Below, piece after piece: positions 36,861 to 46,197 of a stretch of DNA of 64,000 nucleotides. Below the pieces are notes generated by a model, which saw only the letters and a program-made list of their open reading frames with translations, ran no database searches and was not told where the DNA came from. The position numbers were made by a program, and so were the translations under genes. The number at the start of each line of letters is the position of its first letter. Positions within the stretch are counted from its first letter, which is position 1. This DNA is from a virus. Lineage: Duplodnaviria; Caudoviricetes. The DNA lies in IMG/VR virus record IMGVR_UViG_3300037075_000004, positions 1 to 64,000 of that record. One strand, 5' to 3'.

Positions 36861-37310
36861 TTATGATTTATTTTTTGTTAAGTAATCTATAGCCTTATAT
36901 AATATATCTACATTATCTTTCGCCCCACCTAAAAGAATATTACATGTATGACAAAGTAATCCCCTTGTTTTTCCTGTATTGTGGTCGTGATCTACATGCA
37001 ACATTCTTCTCTTTCCGATGGGATGTGCACCACATATAGCACAACACCCACATTGTTTATTGAATAGTTCATTATATTGGTTTAATGTCATCCCAAAATA
37101 GGTTTTAATCAGATGATATTCAAATCTCTTATCTGGGTTTTCCTTAATCCATTTTTTCCTATACTTAGAGGCTTCTTCTTTATGCGATTGATAATATGCC
37201 TTGGCATTAGCGTTTTTCTTTTCCTTAAATTTTTGATAGTATATCCTACTAAGAATCCTTATTCCCTCCATCTTTTCCTCTCTCGTAAAATATTTGCGTT
37301 TTCTCCCCAT
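36861..37310 (-). CDS. Endonuclease VII-like (HNH) homing endonuclease
   Basis: KQCGCCAICG...LHVDHDHNTGKTRGLLCHTCNILLG..KDN; AT-rich. Confidence 0.9.
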   Translation of the reverse strand: MGRKRKYFTREEKMEGIRILSRIYYQKFKEKKNANAKAYYQSHKEEASKYRKKWIKENPDKRFEYHLIKTYFGMTLNQYNELFNKQCGCCAICGAHPIGKRRMLHVDHDHNTGKTRGLLCHTCNILLGGAKDNVDILYKAIDYLTKNKS

Positions 37311-37513
37311 ATCTTATTATTATTTATAATTAATCGACAATTTCAGTACGCTACTTTTTGTTTTGGGGAAGAGCAAGGTATGAGAAAACCCCTTTTCGAT
37401 GTCGGCAATGAATCCATGCTGTGGAGAGAAAGCCAACCCTACTTCGGGGTCTGTTTTTTCATCTATGTTTTTAAAACTCTTTTGCATGGACTCATTTTAA
37501 CCATGCAAAGGTA
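37311..37513 (-). promoter_or_regulatory. Promoter box plus structured leader of the EndoVII gene
   Basis: TACCTTTG at 37506-37513; 5' GAGTCCATGC is complementary to GCATGGATTC in the loop of an ACCCC/GGGGT hairpin. Confidence 0.5.
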
Positions 37514-37524
37514 CAACTTATTTT

Positions 37525-37794
37525 TTAATCGAATAATTTTGCATTCATGGAGTCTATAATATCCTCCAAATCGTCTTTTAACTTTTGTGCTTGGCTTTTA
37601 AGGATTGTCACGGAATTATTATGCCACCCCTCCTTCTCTGCCTTGGGGTCTTCGTCTGGATTCCATCCCCATGAAAGTTTAATTATGGGTTCGCTATCTT
37701 CCTTTTTGCCGTTTTTTCTGCCCGTGTCCTTTACATTGATATTCCAAAATATATCATTGAAGTCCACTTTTACATAACCATCATTTTCTTCCAT
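37525..37794 (-). CDS. Hypothetical acidic protein
   Basis: 89 aa following the AAA ATPase gene. Confidence 0.55.
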   Translation of the reverse strand: MEENDGYVKVDFNDIFWNINVKDTGRKNGKKEDSEPIIKLSWGWNPDEDPKAEKEGWHNNSVTILKSQAQKLKDDLEDIIDSMNAKLFD

Positions 37795-37810
37795 TTTATT
37801 TTATATAGGT

Positions 37811-38791
37811 TTAAATTGAATCTTTAGGCGGTTTTATGAATCCCACTGGGTCTTCTTTTGTGTTCTTGAGCACTCTCGTACTGAGGATGCCCGATACCTC
37901 TTCAAATGCCTCATCATGCGAATATCCCAACACGAAAACCGACAAGAGATATTCTTTCAAGTGATCTATTGTAAACCCCTCCGTCTTATCCACAAGATCA
38001 TTTACATTTATAGAACTCAGGTCGGCTCTTTGTAGCTTATGTTCTATATAGTATCTCCGTGTCTCGGCATTGGGTTTGCCAACCTCATATCGCCTGTCGA
38101 ATCTGCTCGGTCTGTTGGTTATCCTCTCCACGAGCTTTTCAGGGTAATTGGTGGTGGCTATGGTCACTATCCCATCACAACTTCCCACGCCATCAAGGAA
38201 GTTGAGTAACAATGTCTCAGACCATGAACCGTCCTTCCCCACAAAAGAATCTATATCCTCAAGTACTACTATAATTCTCTTGTCGGGTTCGATATCTTTG
38301 ATGTGTGGCAATATCTTCATTGTCCAGTTTATCTGATCCTCGTTCTGCGGAATAAATACTACCCCATTATAGTTAGATATAAGTTCTTTGGCGAGCAACA
38401 TAATCACAGACGACTTTCCACATCCGGCAATACCATAGAGCAAGATACCTCTCTTGTAGACGCTCTTATATTTTGCATACTTATCCCGATTCTTCCAAAA
38501 AGACCGTACATCTGTTAGCACCCGATCAAGGATCGGCGTAGGCAACACAAGTAACTCATCTATGTCAATATTTTTGCTTATAGGTATGCCCATGCTCATA
38601 TCCGAATCCCATTCAGTATTGTACACGCCCGGAGGTAGTATGTGTGTTGTCGCCCCTATGGGTGCAAGTTTATTACCTTTATATAGCCATTGTACATATC
38701 CTGACTTTATTGCTGCAATATTGCTCCTATTCATTTCTGCTTCTTTCTTGACCGCCTCTTCTTTGGCTATTCTTTCTGGTTTTGATTCCAT
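37811..38791 (-). CDS. AAA+ ATPase
   Basis: YKRGILLYGIAGCGKS (Walker A), VLEDID (Walker B), ATTNYPEKL..RITNRPSRFDRR (sensor 1 and Arg finger). Confidence 0.9.
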   Translation of the reverse strand: MESKPERIAKEEAVKKEAEMNRSNIAAIKSGYVQWLYKGNKLAPIGATTHILPPGVYNTEWDSDMSMGIPISKNIDIDELLVLPTPILDRVLTDVRSFWKNRDKYAKYKSVYKRGILLYGIAGCGKSSVIMLLAKELISNYNGVVFIPQNEDQINWTMKILPHIKDIEPDKRIIVVLEDIDSFVGKDGSWSETLLLNFLDGVGSCDGIVTIATTNYPEKLVERITNRPSRFDRRYEVGKPNAETRRYYIEHKLQRADLSSINVNDLVDKTEGFTIDHLKEYLLSVFVLGYSHDEAFEEVSGILSTRVLKNTKEDPVGFIKPPKDSI

Positions 38792-38792
38792 A

Positions 38793-39482
38793 TTATTTTA
38801 TATAAGTTCTCATCACTTCTATGTGCTTAGAATAATCTCTTGTAGATTTCCATATGGTCTCTCCTTTGGGCGGGATGTACTGTACATACTGTCCTGCGTT
38901 ATGTTTTAAGACTACCATTGGCACGCCCTGGTCACTTGCCGTCTTGCTCAGATACACATCAGCCATGTTCTTGGAATGGAAATCACTAAGTGTGATATCC
39001 AATCTGTCAGTATGGAAACAGCAACATCCGCTTCCTATAAGGTTCACAGGGACGTCCTCGCTGACAGTATTAAGACATCGGTATGCCCCCGCCCATCTGC
39101 GGAAGTCCGTCACGGGAGGAAGATAGGTGCGACCATGTAGACTCACCAACCCGTTATACCTGTCGACCCCGCTAATGAGATAATCTATTGTACCTGGTAA
39201 GCATATCAAGTCATCATCCCATCCTATATAATAACCATCCTCGACTTTTCCTACCATGGCGAACTTCTGAGCATCGCCCTGCTTATTGTCCGTTGACCAC
39301 CAAAAAATATTAGAGTATTTATCTAAGAACTTTTGGGCGGTTACTTCACCATAGTTTAATGACACAAATATTTGATCTGCCTGCCCCACTAGAGAATCGA
39401 GTACTCTCTCCAAACTTTCGCTTCTTGACGATATGGTTGCTATGCCAACGGTTCTCATCTTTTTAGGTAATAATCGTACCAA
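38793..39482 (-). CDS. GT-A-fold glycosyltransferase
   Basis: VGIATISSR..SL..VLDSL..QAD...GDAQKF...YYIGWDDDLI...IGSGC. Confidence 0.75.
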   Translation of the reverse strand: MVRLLPKKMRTVGIATISSRSESLERVLDSLVGQADQIFVSLNYGEVTAQKFLDKYSNIFWWSTDNKQGDAQKFAMVGKVEDGYYIGWDDDLICLPGTIDYLISGVDRYNGLVSLHGRTYLPPVTDFRRWAGAYRCLNTVSEDVPVNLIGSGCCCFHTDRLDITLSDFHSKNMADVYLSKTASDQGVPMVVLKHNAGQYVQYIPPKGETIWKSTRDYSKHIEVMRTYIK

Positions 39483-40429
39483 TATTGGATCATCTCTTCC
39501 ATTGTCTGCTCAAACGTAAATTCGGGAGACCACCCCAAGATAACTCTTGCGCGCGAAGAGTCTCCCCTGAGATAAGGTAGCTCTTCAGGACGCAGAAAGA
39601 TGGGGTTTTGAACTACATAATCTTTGTAATCTAACCCTAAGCAACTAAATACATAGTCACACATTTCTCGCACGGAATGCGTCTCCCCTGTTGCTATCAC
39701 AAAATCATCTGCCCTAACATGATTGAGTATAGCGTACATGGCCCGCACATAGTCCTTAGAGTTGCCGATGTCCCGATACGAATCCATATTACCTAGTTCG
39801 AGTTTAGTCTTTAGCCCAAGTTTTATTTCTACGGCAGTCTTAACAATTTTCTGGCATACAAAATTAGACCCCCTGCGGAACCCGGAATGATTGAACAATA
39901 TCCCCACACAGGCAAACAATCCGTACGCACGCCTGTAATGTCTCACGAGATTTATGGATGCTACTTTAGAGATACCGTAGGGGCTAGTCGGAACGAATGG
40001 GGTAGTCTCTCTCTGATATTTGTCGTCATCTACTGACAATCCGAAGCACTCACTCGACCCGGCAAAGTAGAGGTGGGCATCGGGGGCATACTTACGATAC
40101 GCCTCAAGTACATTCAATGTCCCCACAAAATTGGTCTGCATGACAAAGGTAGGCATGGAGAAGGAGATTTTTACGTGACTCATGGCTGCGAGGTGGAATA
40201 TGTAATCAGGTTTAACTAATTCCATTACCTCGTTCACTGATATTGGGTCTGTCACATCTCCATAGTGGGTATGAATATTGTCTTTGACGGCATCGAGCCG
40301 ATAGGCTTGGTTCTCTGCCACCGAATGCCTCCTGACAATCCCATGTACCTCGTGCCCTAACGAGAGCATATAGTCAGTCAGGTTAGCCCCATCCATCCCA
40401 GATATGCCCGTTATCAGTATTTTAGCCAT
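39455..40429 (-). CDS. gmd: GDP-mannose 4,6-dehydratase (Gmd family)
   Basis: Start moved to ATG 40429 (MAKILITGISGMDG); HYGDVTD, HLAAMSHV.ISF, AGSSECFG, SPYGISK, GILFNH, LGNMDSYRD.G, LRPEE...LRGD. Confidence 0.95.
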   Translation of the reverse strand: MAKILITGISGMDGANLTDYMLSLGHEVHGIVRRHSVAENQAYRLDAVKDNIHTHYGDVTDPISVNEVMELVKPDYIFHLAAMSHVKISFSMPTFVMQTNFVGTLNVLEAYRKYAPDAHLYFAGSSECFGLSVDDDKYQRETTPFVPTSPYGISKVASINLVRHYRRAYGLFACVGILFNHSGFRRGSNFVCQKIVKTAVEIKLGLKTKLELGNMDSYRDIGNSKDYVRAMYAILNHVRADDFVIATGETHSVREMCDYVFSCLGLDYKDYVVQNPIFLRPEELPYLRGDSSRARVILGWSPEFTFEQTMEEMIQYWYDYYLKR

Positions 40430-40661
40430 TAACCACCTCCCTTGTTGATGGGTCTGCACCAAAATGTCTGCGGTAGACAGTACTCCCATCTCTTTCGTAA
40501 ATCCATTCGTCACTTTGGACGAGATTCCTAGTCAGGGATTCCACCCATTTATCTCTCATATGCTTCATACCTTTTATAAATCCGTCTATCTCTGGCCCGG
40601 TTTCCTGCATCGTGCCGGTATAGACTTCGTTTTCAATTTCTTGATCTGTCGGTGGTCTCAT
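40422..40661 (-). CDS. Hypothetical protein
   Basis: 79 aa overlapping both neighbours in the operon. Confidence 0.5.
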   Translation of the reverse strand: MRPPTDQEIENEVYTGTMQETGPEIDGFIKGMKHMRDKWVESLTRNLVQSDEWIYERDGSTVYRRHFGADPSTREVVNG

Positions 40662-41269
40662 AATATATGTTTAAAAACTGTCATCTTAGTTAAGTCTGGC
40701 CAATCTGTTATTACCCATTTCTTTGGCGGGGTTTCGATGGCCTCCGGTAATTTCCACAGACCCTTCTCTGCGGTCTCCGGGGGTAGATAATAGTGGTATC
40801 CGATAGAGTCGATGTTTTGCTCTCTCCACGGCACACCCGGCAATCTCCCATCATATGACATCTTCTTTAATTTTAGCCACGCATCCTCATCATCAAATAA
40901 GATCATCCCTCCCCGCCCGAGACTGAGATGCTTCTGAAACTGGAAGCTAACAGACATGAATGTACCGGAAATATAACTATTCTTTCTCCATAATACGGCA
41001 GCATCCGCCACCTTGTCCGTCAGAAAATAATAATCCTGCCAATCGTTATCCTCCCATATTAATCTGATATTCATCTTATAGGCAAGGAAGGGGATAGATA
41101 GGTATGTTCTATAGGGGACATATATCTCTTTTGCCCCAGTATATCTTAGTGATAGTTCTATCCCGTGCGTACATGAGTCCACCGCCACGGCATATGGCGC
41201 CCCAAAGAACTCAGCAATCTTCTCCTCAAAGAGTCTTACACTATTGTAATCTACCTTTCTTAGTTCCAT
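40658..41269 (-). CDS. Short DegT/DnrJ/EryC1/StrS-type PLP sugar aminotransferase
   Basis: FEEKIAEFFGAPYAVAVDSCTHGI, DAA, SFQFQKHLSLGRGG (PLP lysine); only 203 aa. Confidence 0.8.
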   Translation of the reverse strand: MELRKVDYNSVRLFEEKIAEFFGAPYAVAVDSCTHGIELSLRYTGAKEIYVPYRTYLSIPFLAYKMNIRLIWEDNDWQDYYFLTDKVADAAVLWRKNSYISGTFMSVSFQFQKHLSLGRGGMILFDDEDAWLKLKKMSYDGRLPGVPWREQNIDSIGYHYYLPPETAEKGLWKLPEAIETPPKKWVITDWPDLTKMTVFKHIL

Positions 41270-42027
41270 TATAGTCTGTGTACTTTAGTTATTGTATCTG
41301 AGAATATTATCGCAGCATTGGCGAGGTTGCTCACCCTGCACAAGAACTGACATCCCTTACCGAGTAGTAGCATCTCGACAAACGCTTCCTCCCAAAGTAG
41401 GGGATTGGTAAAGTTCTTGACATGCATAGAATCGTCCTTAAACACCTCCTTCTTCTCCCTGAACCTGCAATCGTAGTATACCACATTACCGAAAACCTTT
41501 CCTATTCTGTCTATCGACTCCATGTTGTCCGATGCCACAAATATTCTGTCGATATCTTCAGTTTGTAGTATCTCGCCTATCTTGGCAATGTAATCATCGG
41601 TACCGAACACCCCAAACTCAGGATGGTATAGGTTCATATCGGCAGTCCTCACATGCACAGAAAGGGTCTTTGATGTCATGTTCTCGCTATAGAACTTATC
41701 AACCTTATCGGTTATGTAACTTTTAACCTTTACCAGCCTCCTCACATCCTGCATCTTGGGGAATAGTGGAGATTTCTCTATCGGCCCCAAGCCTATGGTG
41801 TCTACCTTGCTATACGTTCCCGGGTTGTAGCAATGGAAGTCTACGAAACTATCATCCTTCCACTGATCGAATATCCAATCGAAAGGATTACCCTTTATGT
41901 TATCGTTCTGTGAAGTGTAATAAACGCCCTCCACCGCCTCGTTTTGATTGACAGCGTGGGGTAACATGAGCATAAACTGGCAATAGATACCCTTAAAGCC
42001 TCTCGGTAGTATCAAATTAATCTTCAT
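41269..42027 (-). CDS. NodZ/O-fucosyltransferase-like GT-B protein
   Basis: LSVHVRTAD, IFVASDN, EMLLLGKGCQFL.RVSN. Confidence 0.7.
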   Translation of the reverse strand: MKINLILPRGFKGIYCQFMLMLPHAVNQNEAVEGVYYTSQNDNIKGNPFDWIFDQWKDDSFVDFHCYNPGTYSKVDTIGLGPIEKSPLFPKMQDVRRLVKVKSYITDKVDKFYSENMTSKTLSVHVRTADMNLYHPEFGVFGTDDYIAKIGEILQTEDIDRIFVASDNMESIDRIGKVFGNVVYYDCRFREKKEVFKDDSMHVKNFTNPLLWEEAFVEMLLLGKGCQFLCRVSNLANAAIIFSDTITKVHRL

Positions 42028-42541
42028 ATCCTAGTTCTTTAGCGAGTTCCATTATTTTAGTCCCGTCAATCTTCTTGACCAACTTGGCGGGGTTGCCTTT
42101 GTAAATCCCCCATTCCTCAGTATCTCCTATGAGCAGACTGCCCGCCGATAACAGCACGCCTTTTCTCAGTCTTGTCCCTGGTAGTACGATAGCGTTTGTC
42201 CCGATATTGGAGAACATCTCCATGATGACGGGTTTGATGATCTGCTTCCCCTTGAGGTGTGCCGGGATCATGGCACCAAACAGGCCACTATCATCGAACC
42301 TGTCGGAACCACATATTATTCGTGCTCCCGCCATGATATTATTGAACCCGAGAGCCTGAAAGAATCCCTCATCCCCGCCAATGCAAGTAACATAAGGCGA
42401 TATATGAACATAATTACCGATATTGAATGCCGTTGTACAGTAGAATCCCCTGTCTATTGAACAGTGATTGCCCACTCTTGCAAGTTCGGGATGCTTAAAG
42501 TACACATCCACATCTATCCGTACATCGCTACCGCTTACCAT
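42017..42541 (-). CDS. Hexapeptide-repeat (left-handed beta-helix) acetyltransferase
   Basis: IGNYVHI, IGTNAIVLPGT, WGIYKGNPAKLVK. Confidence 0.85.
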   Translation of the reverse strand: MVSGSDVRIDVDVYFKHPELARVGNHCSIDRGFYCTTAFNIGNYVHISPYVTCIGGDEGFFQALGFNNIMAGARIICGSDRFDDSGLFGAMIPAHLKGKQIIKPVIMEMFSNIGTNAIVLPGTRLRKGVLLSAGSLLIGDTEEWGIYKGNPAKLVKKIDGTKIMELAKELGYED

Positions 42542-42543
42542 CG

Positions 42544-43344
42544 TTATTTATTTTCTGCTAGTATCTCTGTTATCTTGGCCTTTAGCGTATCCCCGTAGGG
42601 GGTGAACTTGGATGCCCGGGCAAAGTTATCCTCTATAGCATCTATTCTCTTGGCATAATCATCTTCTGTAAGTCCGTTACATACCGCTATCATCTCATCT
42701 ACATTACGGCATTCATATATGCCGTCCATATTGAAGAAATCTCCAATATTGGGAGTGCCGTAATGTATCGGTATCGTCTTCGACATGAAACAATCAACAA
42801 TCTTCTCCGTGAAACAGTTTCTTATGCAGACATTCTCTATGGCGATATGAAACTGAGAATCGAATAATGGTTCCTTACTACTCCCGAGGATCGGGTTATT
42901 GCTATAGTCGGCACCCTGATATCTCTTGTGGGAACTAAGATAAAATGCCTTAGGGATGGATATCTCTCCCCGTCTTGCCCATAGTTCATGCCTCTTGGCA
43001 TATCCCGGGAATCCCCTGTCGGCTTTCCCTCCTACGACTGTCGACACGCCAAAGGTATGCGTTCTCTGTTTGTTAGGATCAATCCATGTACTGAGCCCCA
43101 TATAATATCTTGCCTTGGGGTTATTATCAAGTATCTCCTGATGGTAGGTCAGCACATAGTCATAAAACTCAGTATGCCCCATCACCTCGCCATTTAACTT
43201 CATGTTGGGTTCCTGTAATATGATTATGCGGATAGTCCCTTCTGGCGGGAAGTCCCGCTTAAAATGATCCACCAGTATCTCGATCTGTTTGTCGGTATCG
43301 AGATCAATCATTAGATTCCAGTTTGCCCTTACCGTTATGCTCAT
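42544..43344 (-). CDS. GT10 fucosyltransferase-like protein
   Basis: FHIAIENVCIRNCFTEKIVDCFMSKTIPIHYG.PNI..FFN. Confidence 0.75.
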   Translation of the reverse strand: MSITVRANWNLMIDLDTDKQIEILVDHFKRDFPPEGTIRIIILQEPNMKLNGEVMGHTEFYDYVLTYHQEILDNNPKARYYMGLSTWIDPNKQRTHTFGVSTVVGGKADRGFPGYAKRHELWARRGEISIPKAFYLSSHKRYQGADYSNNPILGSSKEPLFDSQFHIAIENVCIRNCFTEKIVDCFMSKTIPIHYGTPNIGDFFNMDGIYECRNVDEMIAVCNGLTEDDYAKRIDAIEDNFARASKFTPYGDTLKAKITEILAENK

Positions 43345-43757
43345 TCAATAAATGTTTTATCGTTTTCCTGCCCGAGATAGGGGCCGGTTTTAAATTCGAG
43401 GATTTTGCTCGGATCGCTAAGCACCTTATAGGTGTGACCGCCATAGAGAGTAAATGATGTATCCCCCTCATAAAGTATTGGTTCGGCTATGATAGTATCA
43501 TCCAGATCATAAAGAATACACTTAACTCGTCCCTTAATGACGTGCCATGCTTCCTGTGCGATCTTATCGGCATAACTGACTTCATGTTCTATGTGCTTAT
43601 GGGGTCGGAATGTCTTACCGGCATTATGACTCATGGCGGCACATTGCAGAAACCCGTTAACGGGTAATATGTCGATCCTCCCATCTTGGAAATCGTATAG
43701 TCTCCATACCACATGAAGGAGTAATCCTTCTTCCACTTTAGAATATATCTTCTCCAT
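43341..43757 (-). CDS. Cupin-fold sugar isomerase/epimerase-like protein
   Basis: FLQ.AAM.H..GKTFRPHKH...QEAW.VIKG.V...YD...GGHTY...EFKTGPY.G.ENDK.FI. Confidence 0.7.
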   Translation of the reverse strand: MEKIYSKVEEGLLLHVVWRLYDFQDGRIDILPVNGFLQCAAMSHNAGKTFRPHKHIEHEVSYADKIAQEAWHVIKGRVKCILYDLDDTIIAEPILYEGDTSFTLYGGHTYKVLSDPSKILEFKTGPYLGQENDKTFIE

Positions 43758-44341
43758 TATTTTAAGTGTGCTACTAATATGTCATTGGGTACATCGTGAT
43801 CTTCGTAAGAAAGTGTGTAGTTGGGATTTATCTTCAGCAGGGCGTCAATTATATCCTGCGAATAGAACCCGTAAAAGTTCTTACATGGGTACAGTTCGCA
43901 TCTGCAAACGGGTTTGCCATCTAAAGGCTTGCTCCAACATCTCATATCATCTATCATTATCGTATGGGTATTAAGAGAATGTTTTTCTATCTGCATCAGT
44001 TCTATCATTAGCGGGGTGCAATATTTCCCGATAGCCGTATCACCCTTTGAGTAATGCCCATCAAGCCAGAATGTTATAGGTTCGCGAATATCCCTGATTA
44101 CATATTTGAGCATCTTGCTTGAATCACCCTGATAAATCTTAACCTTCTTATTATCCCTGAATCGCTCCCGCGCCAAAGCACAATACTTCTCCGATAGTTC
44201 GATAGACATAACATTCTCAAATCCTGCATCCAGTGCAAGTTGCACCGAATCCCCGATATAGGTACCTGTTTCTACGAAGTACTTATTTGGGTACTTGGCG
44301 AAAACATTCTCTTTTAATTTTTTATAGGTTACCTCCATCAT
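43757..44341 (-). CDS. SAM-dependent methyltransferase-like protein
   Basis: Start moved to ATG 44341 (ATGA overlap); FVETGTYIGD, SIELS, GDS, FWLDGH, IMIDD. Confidence 0.7.
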   Translation of the reverse strand: MMEVTYKKLKENVFAKYPNKYFVETGTYIGDSVQLALDAGFENVMSIELSEKYCALARERFRDNKKVKIYQGDSSKMLKYVIRDIREPITFWLDGHYSKGDTAIGKYCTPLMIELMQIEKHSLNTHTIMIDDMRCWSKPLDGKPVCRCELYPCKNFYGFYSQDIIDALLKINPNYTLSYEDHDVPNDILVAHLK

Positions 44342-44946
44342 TTCTTTAATTCGTGGCATTCCCATACCCAATCGTAGCAATAGACTTCATCATGTGTCTC
44401 AGACAGCCATTTGCGGATAATATTACGCTTAATCTCCGCGTTTTTAACCCAAGGATGAAACTGCATCTGAAGTCTCTTTATTTTAGTTATTTTATCATTT
44501 ATTAAAAGTCTAAATAATATATCATATTCCATCCCTTCTATGTTGATGTTGGCTAAATCAATTTTATCATAATCATCTATTTCATCATTTATATCAAGCA
44601 AAATCACTCCCTCTGTTTCGGTGGATTGGTATGCGTATCTTCGGGATGAATCTTCGTTAGAAGCGAAGGGCGCCCCTTCTTCGATGTGGTCACTAAGACC
44701 ATAATTATGACAATATAATTTAATATTACATAACGCTCTATTCTTCAAAATATCGTAATTTTTAGTCATGGGTTCATAAACATCCACCCAACACCCATAT
44801 TTCTGATTAATAGCAATCGCCCAATCACCATGATATCCCCCAACCTCCCAAACATAAGAATCATTATTTAGCGGATGATCGAGCAATAATGTATTATCAC
44901 CATCATCGGCACGCCATCTTTCAAGTTCCTTGCTATTATCTATCAT
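44338..44946 (-). CDS. FkbM-family methyltransferase
   Basis: VWEVGGYHG, VYEP, NINIEGMEYDIL, LQMQFH; visibly more AT-rich than neighbours. Confidence 0.8.
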   Translation of the reverse strand: MIDNSKELERWRADDGDNTLLLDHPLNNDSYVWEVGGYHGDWAIAINQKYGCWVDVYEPMTKNYDILKNRALCNIKLYCHNYGLSDHIEEGAPFASNEDSSRRYAYQSTETEGVILLDINDEIDDYDKIDLANINIEGMEYDILFRLLINDKITKIKRLQMQFHPWVKNAEIKRNIIRKWLSETHDEVYCYDWVWECHELKK

Positions 44947-45554
44947 ATCTTGCGTAAAAAGTCGTAATCAACATAAAATTTGAACACATCACTTATCCCT
45001 GCCCTCTGAAATGCCAAATTTGGGCTAAAACAGAAGGAATTAGACACTTTCTGTAGCCCAGCAAGGATTATGTCGTCTTGAGGCTCAAGTGGCTCTAATG
45101 CCTTTAAAACAGCGTTAAACACGGTATTTCTCAAGGCGAAGGCATGGGTAGCGTAAGTATTGGTTATTTTTATCACATGATCTGATATCTTTGGCGGGTT
45201 TTCGCCATTGTGGTTGCCTCCGATCCATAGCATATCCCAGTTTTCGGGGACTTCCTTGCTCCACTCGGCAAACTTATTGTTAAAATCCTCCGCAAACTCC
45301 ACGTCATCCTCCAATATCAGCACGCTATCGTAATTTCTCTCTACCGCCAGCTTAACTATCCCGATCTTGCTAAGACAGTTACCGACACTCCCCCTCGGAA
45401 CCTTATAATTGAATGGTTCTATGAGATTGCCGTCCACAGCGGGGAATCTCTCGACATCGAGTCCCCACTTGGCGAACTCTTTCTGTGACAGTTCCCACTT
45501 ATCGAGGCACCCGTCAAGGTTCACACAGAAAATATGACTAAAAAACTCATTCAT
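44943..45554 (-). CDS. GT25-family glycosyltransferase
   Basis: Start moved to ATG 45554 (MNEFFSHIFCVNLD); ERFPAVDG, VLILEDDV, P.NWDMLWIG, THAFA. Confidence 0.85.
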   Translation of the reverse strand: MNEFFSHIFCVNLDGCLDKWELSQKEFAKWGLDVERFPAVDGNLIEPFNYKVPRGSVGNCLSKIGIVKLAVERNYDSVLILEDDVEFAEDFNNKFAEWSKEVPENWDMLWIGGNHNGENPPKISDHVIKITNTYATHAFALRNTVFNAVLKALEPLEPQDDIILAGLQKVSNSFCFSPNLAFQRAGISDVFKFYVDYDFLRKI

Positions 45555-46197
45555 CCTTCGTAAGTAATATACCATCAAGAATATACCATTGCGGATGTGA
45601 CAATTTCCACCCGGCAAACACCTCCTTCACCATTTCCTCCCAGTTTTCATGGCACCCGGGGTTCTCTATGAGAAAAACATACTCATTGGATGCTTTTTTC
45701 ATGTTAGCGAGTGCATTGATAGCATTCTCGGTGCTCAGGTGCATAACCACGGCCTGCGAGAACACAAAATCGAAAGTCCTGTCGGGTATTTCCTTCGTTA
45801 TATCCATCACTTTCACGTTCTGATAGATATTATCTGGCAAGCTCATGTACCACTTCCCTATGTCTATCTGACTCTGCGATATGTCGATGCCATACAATTC
45901 GGCCTTGGGTACTATTAATGGCAGGTTAGCAAGCTGATAGCACATCCCACAACCCACCTCAAGGATACTTTGGGGTTGTAACAGATATAATAGAGCATAA
46001 AGTTCCCTAGAATTATTGTGGATATTACAACCCGCCCTAAAGGAAAGATCATCTCCCTTAATCAGATCATCGGGATTGACAAAAAAATCAAATGACTTAT
46101 CCCGTAATACTTCTACTACTTGCCGGAGATAACTATCTCCCGTATATGTAACCCAATTCCAATCGTCTTTTTCTTTCATACCTTTATCCAGTGCCAC
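45547..46197 (-). CDS. Class I SAM-dependent methyltransferase
   Basis: ILEVGCG, YGIDIS, FDFVFSQAVVMH, VFLIE. Confidence 0.85.
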   Translation of the reverse strand: MALDKGMKEKDDWNWVTYTGDSYLRQVVEVLRDKSFDFFVNPDDLIKGDDLSFRAGCNIHNNSRELYALLYLLQPQSILEVGCGMCYQLANLPLIVPKAELYGIDISQSQIDIGKWYMSLPDNIYQNVKVMDITKEIPDRTFDFVFSQAVVMHLSTENAINALANMKKASNEYVFLIENPGCHENWEEMVKEVFAGWKLSHPQWYILDGILLTKDE

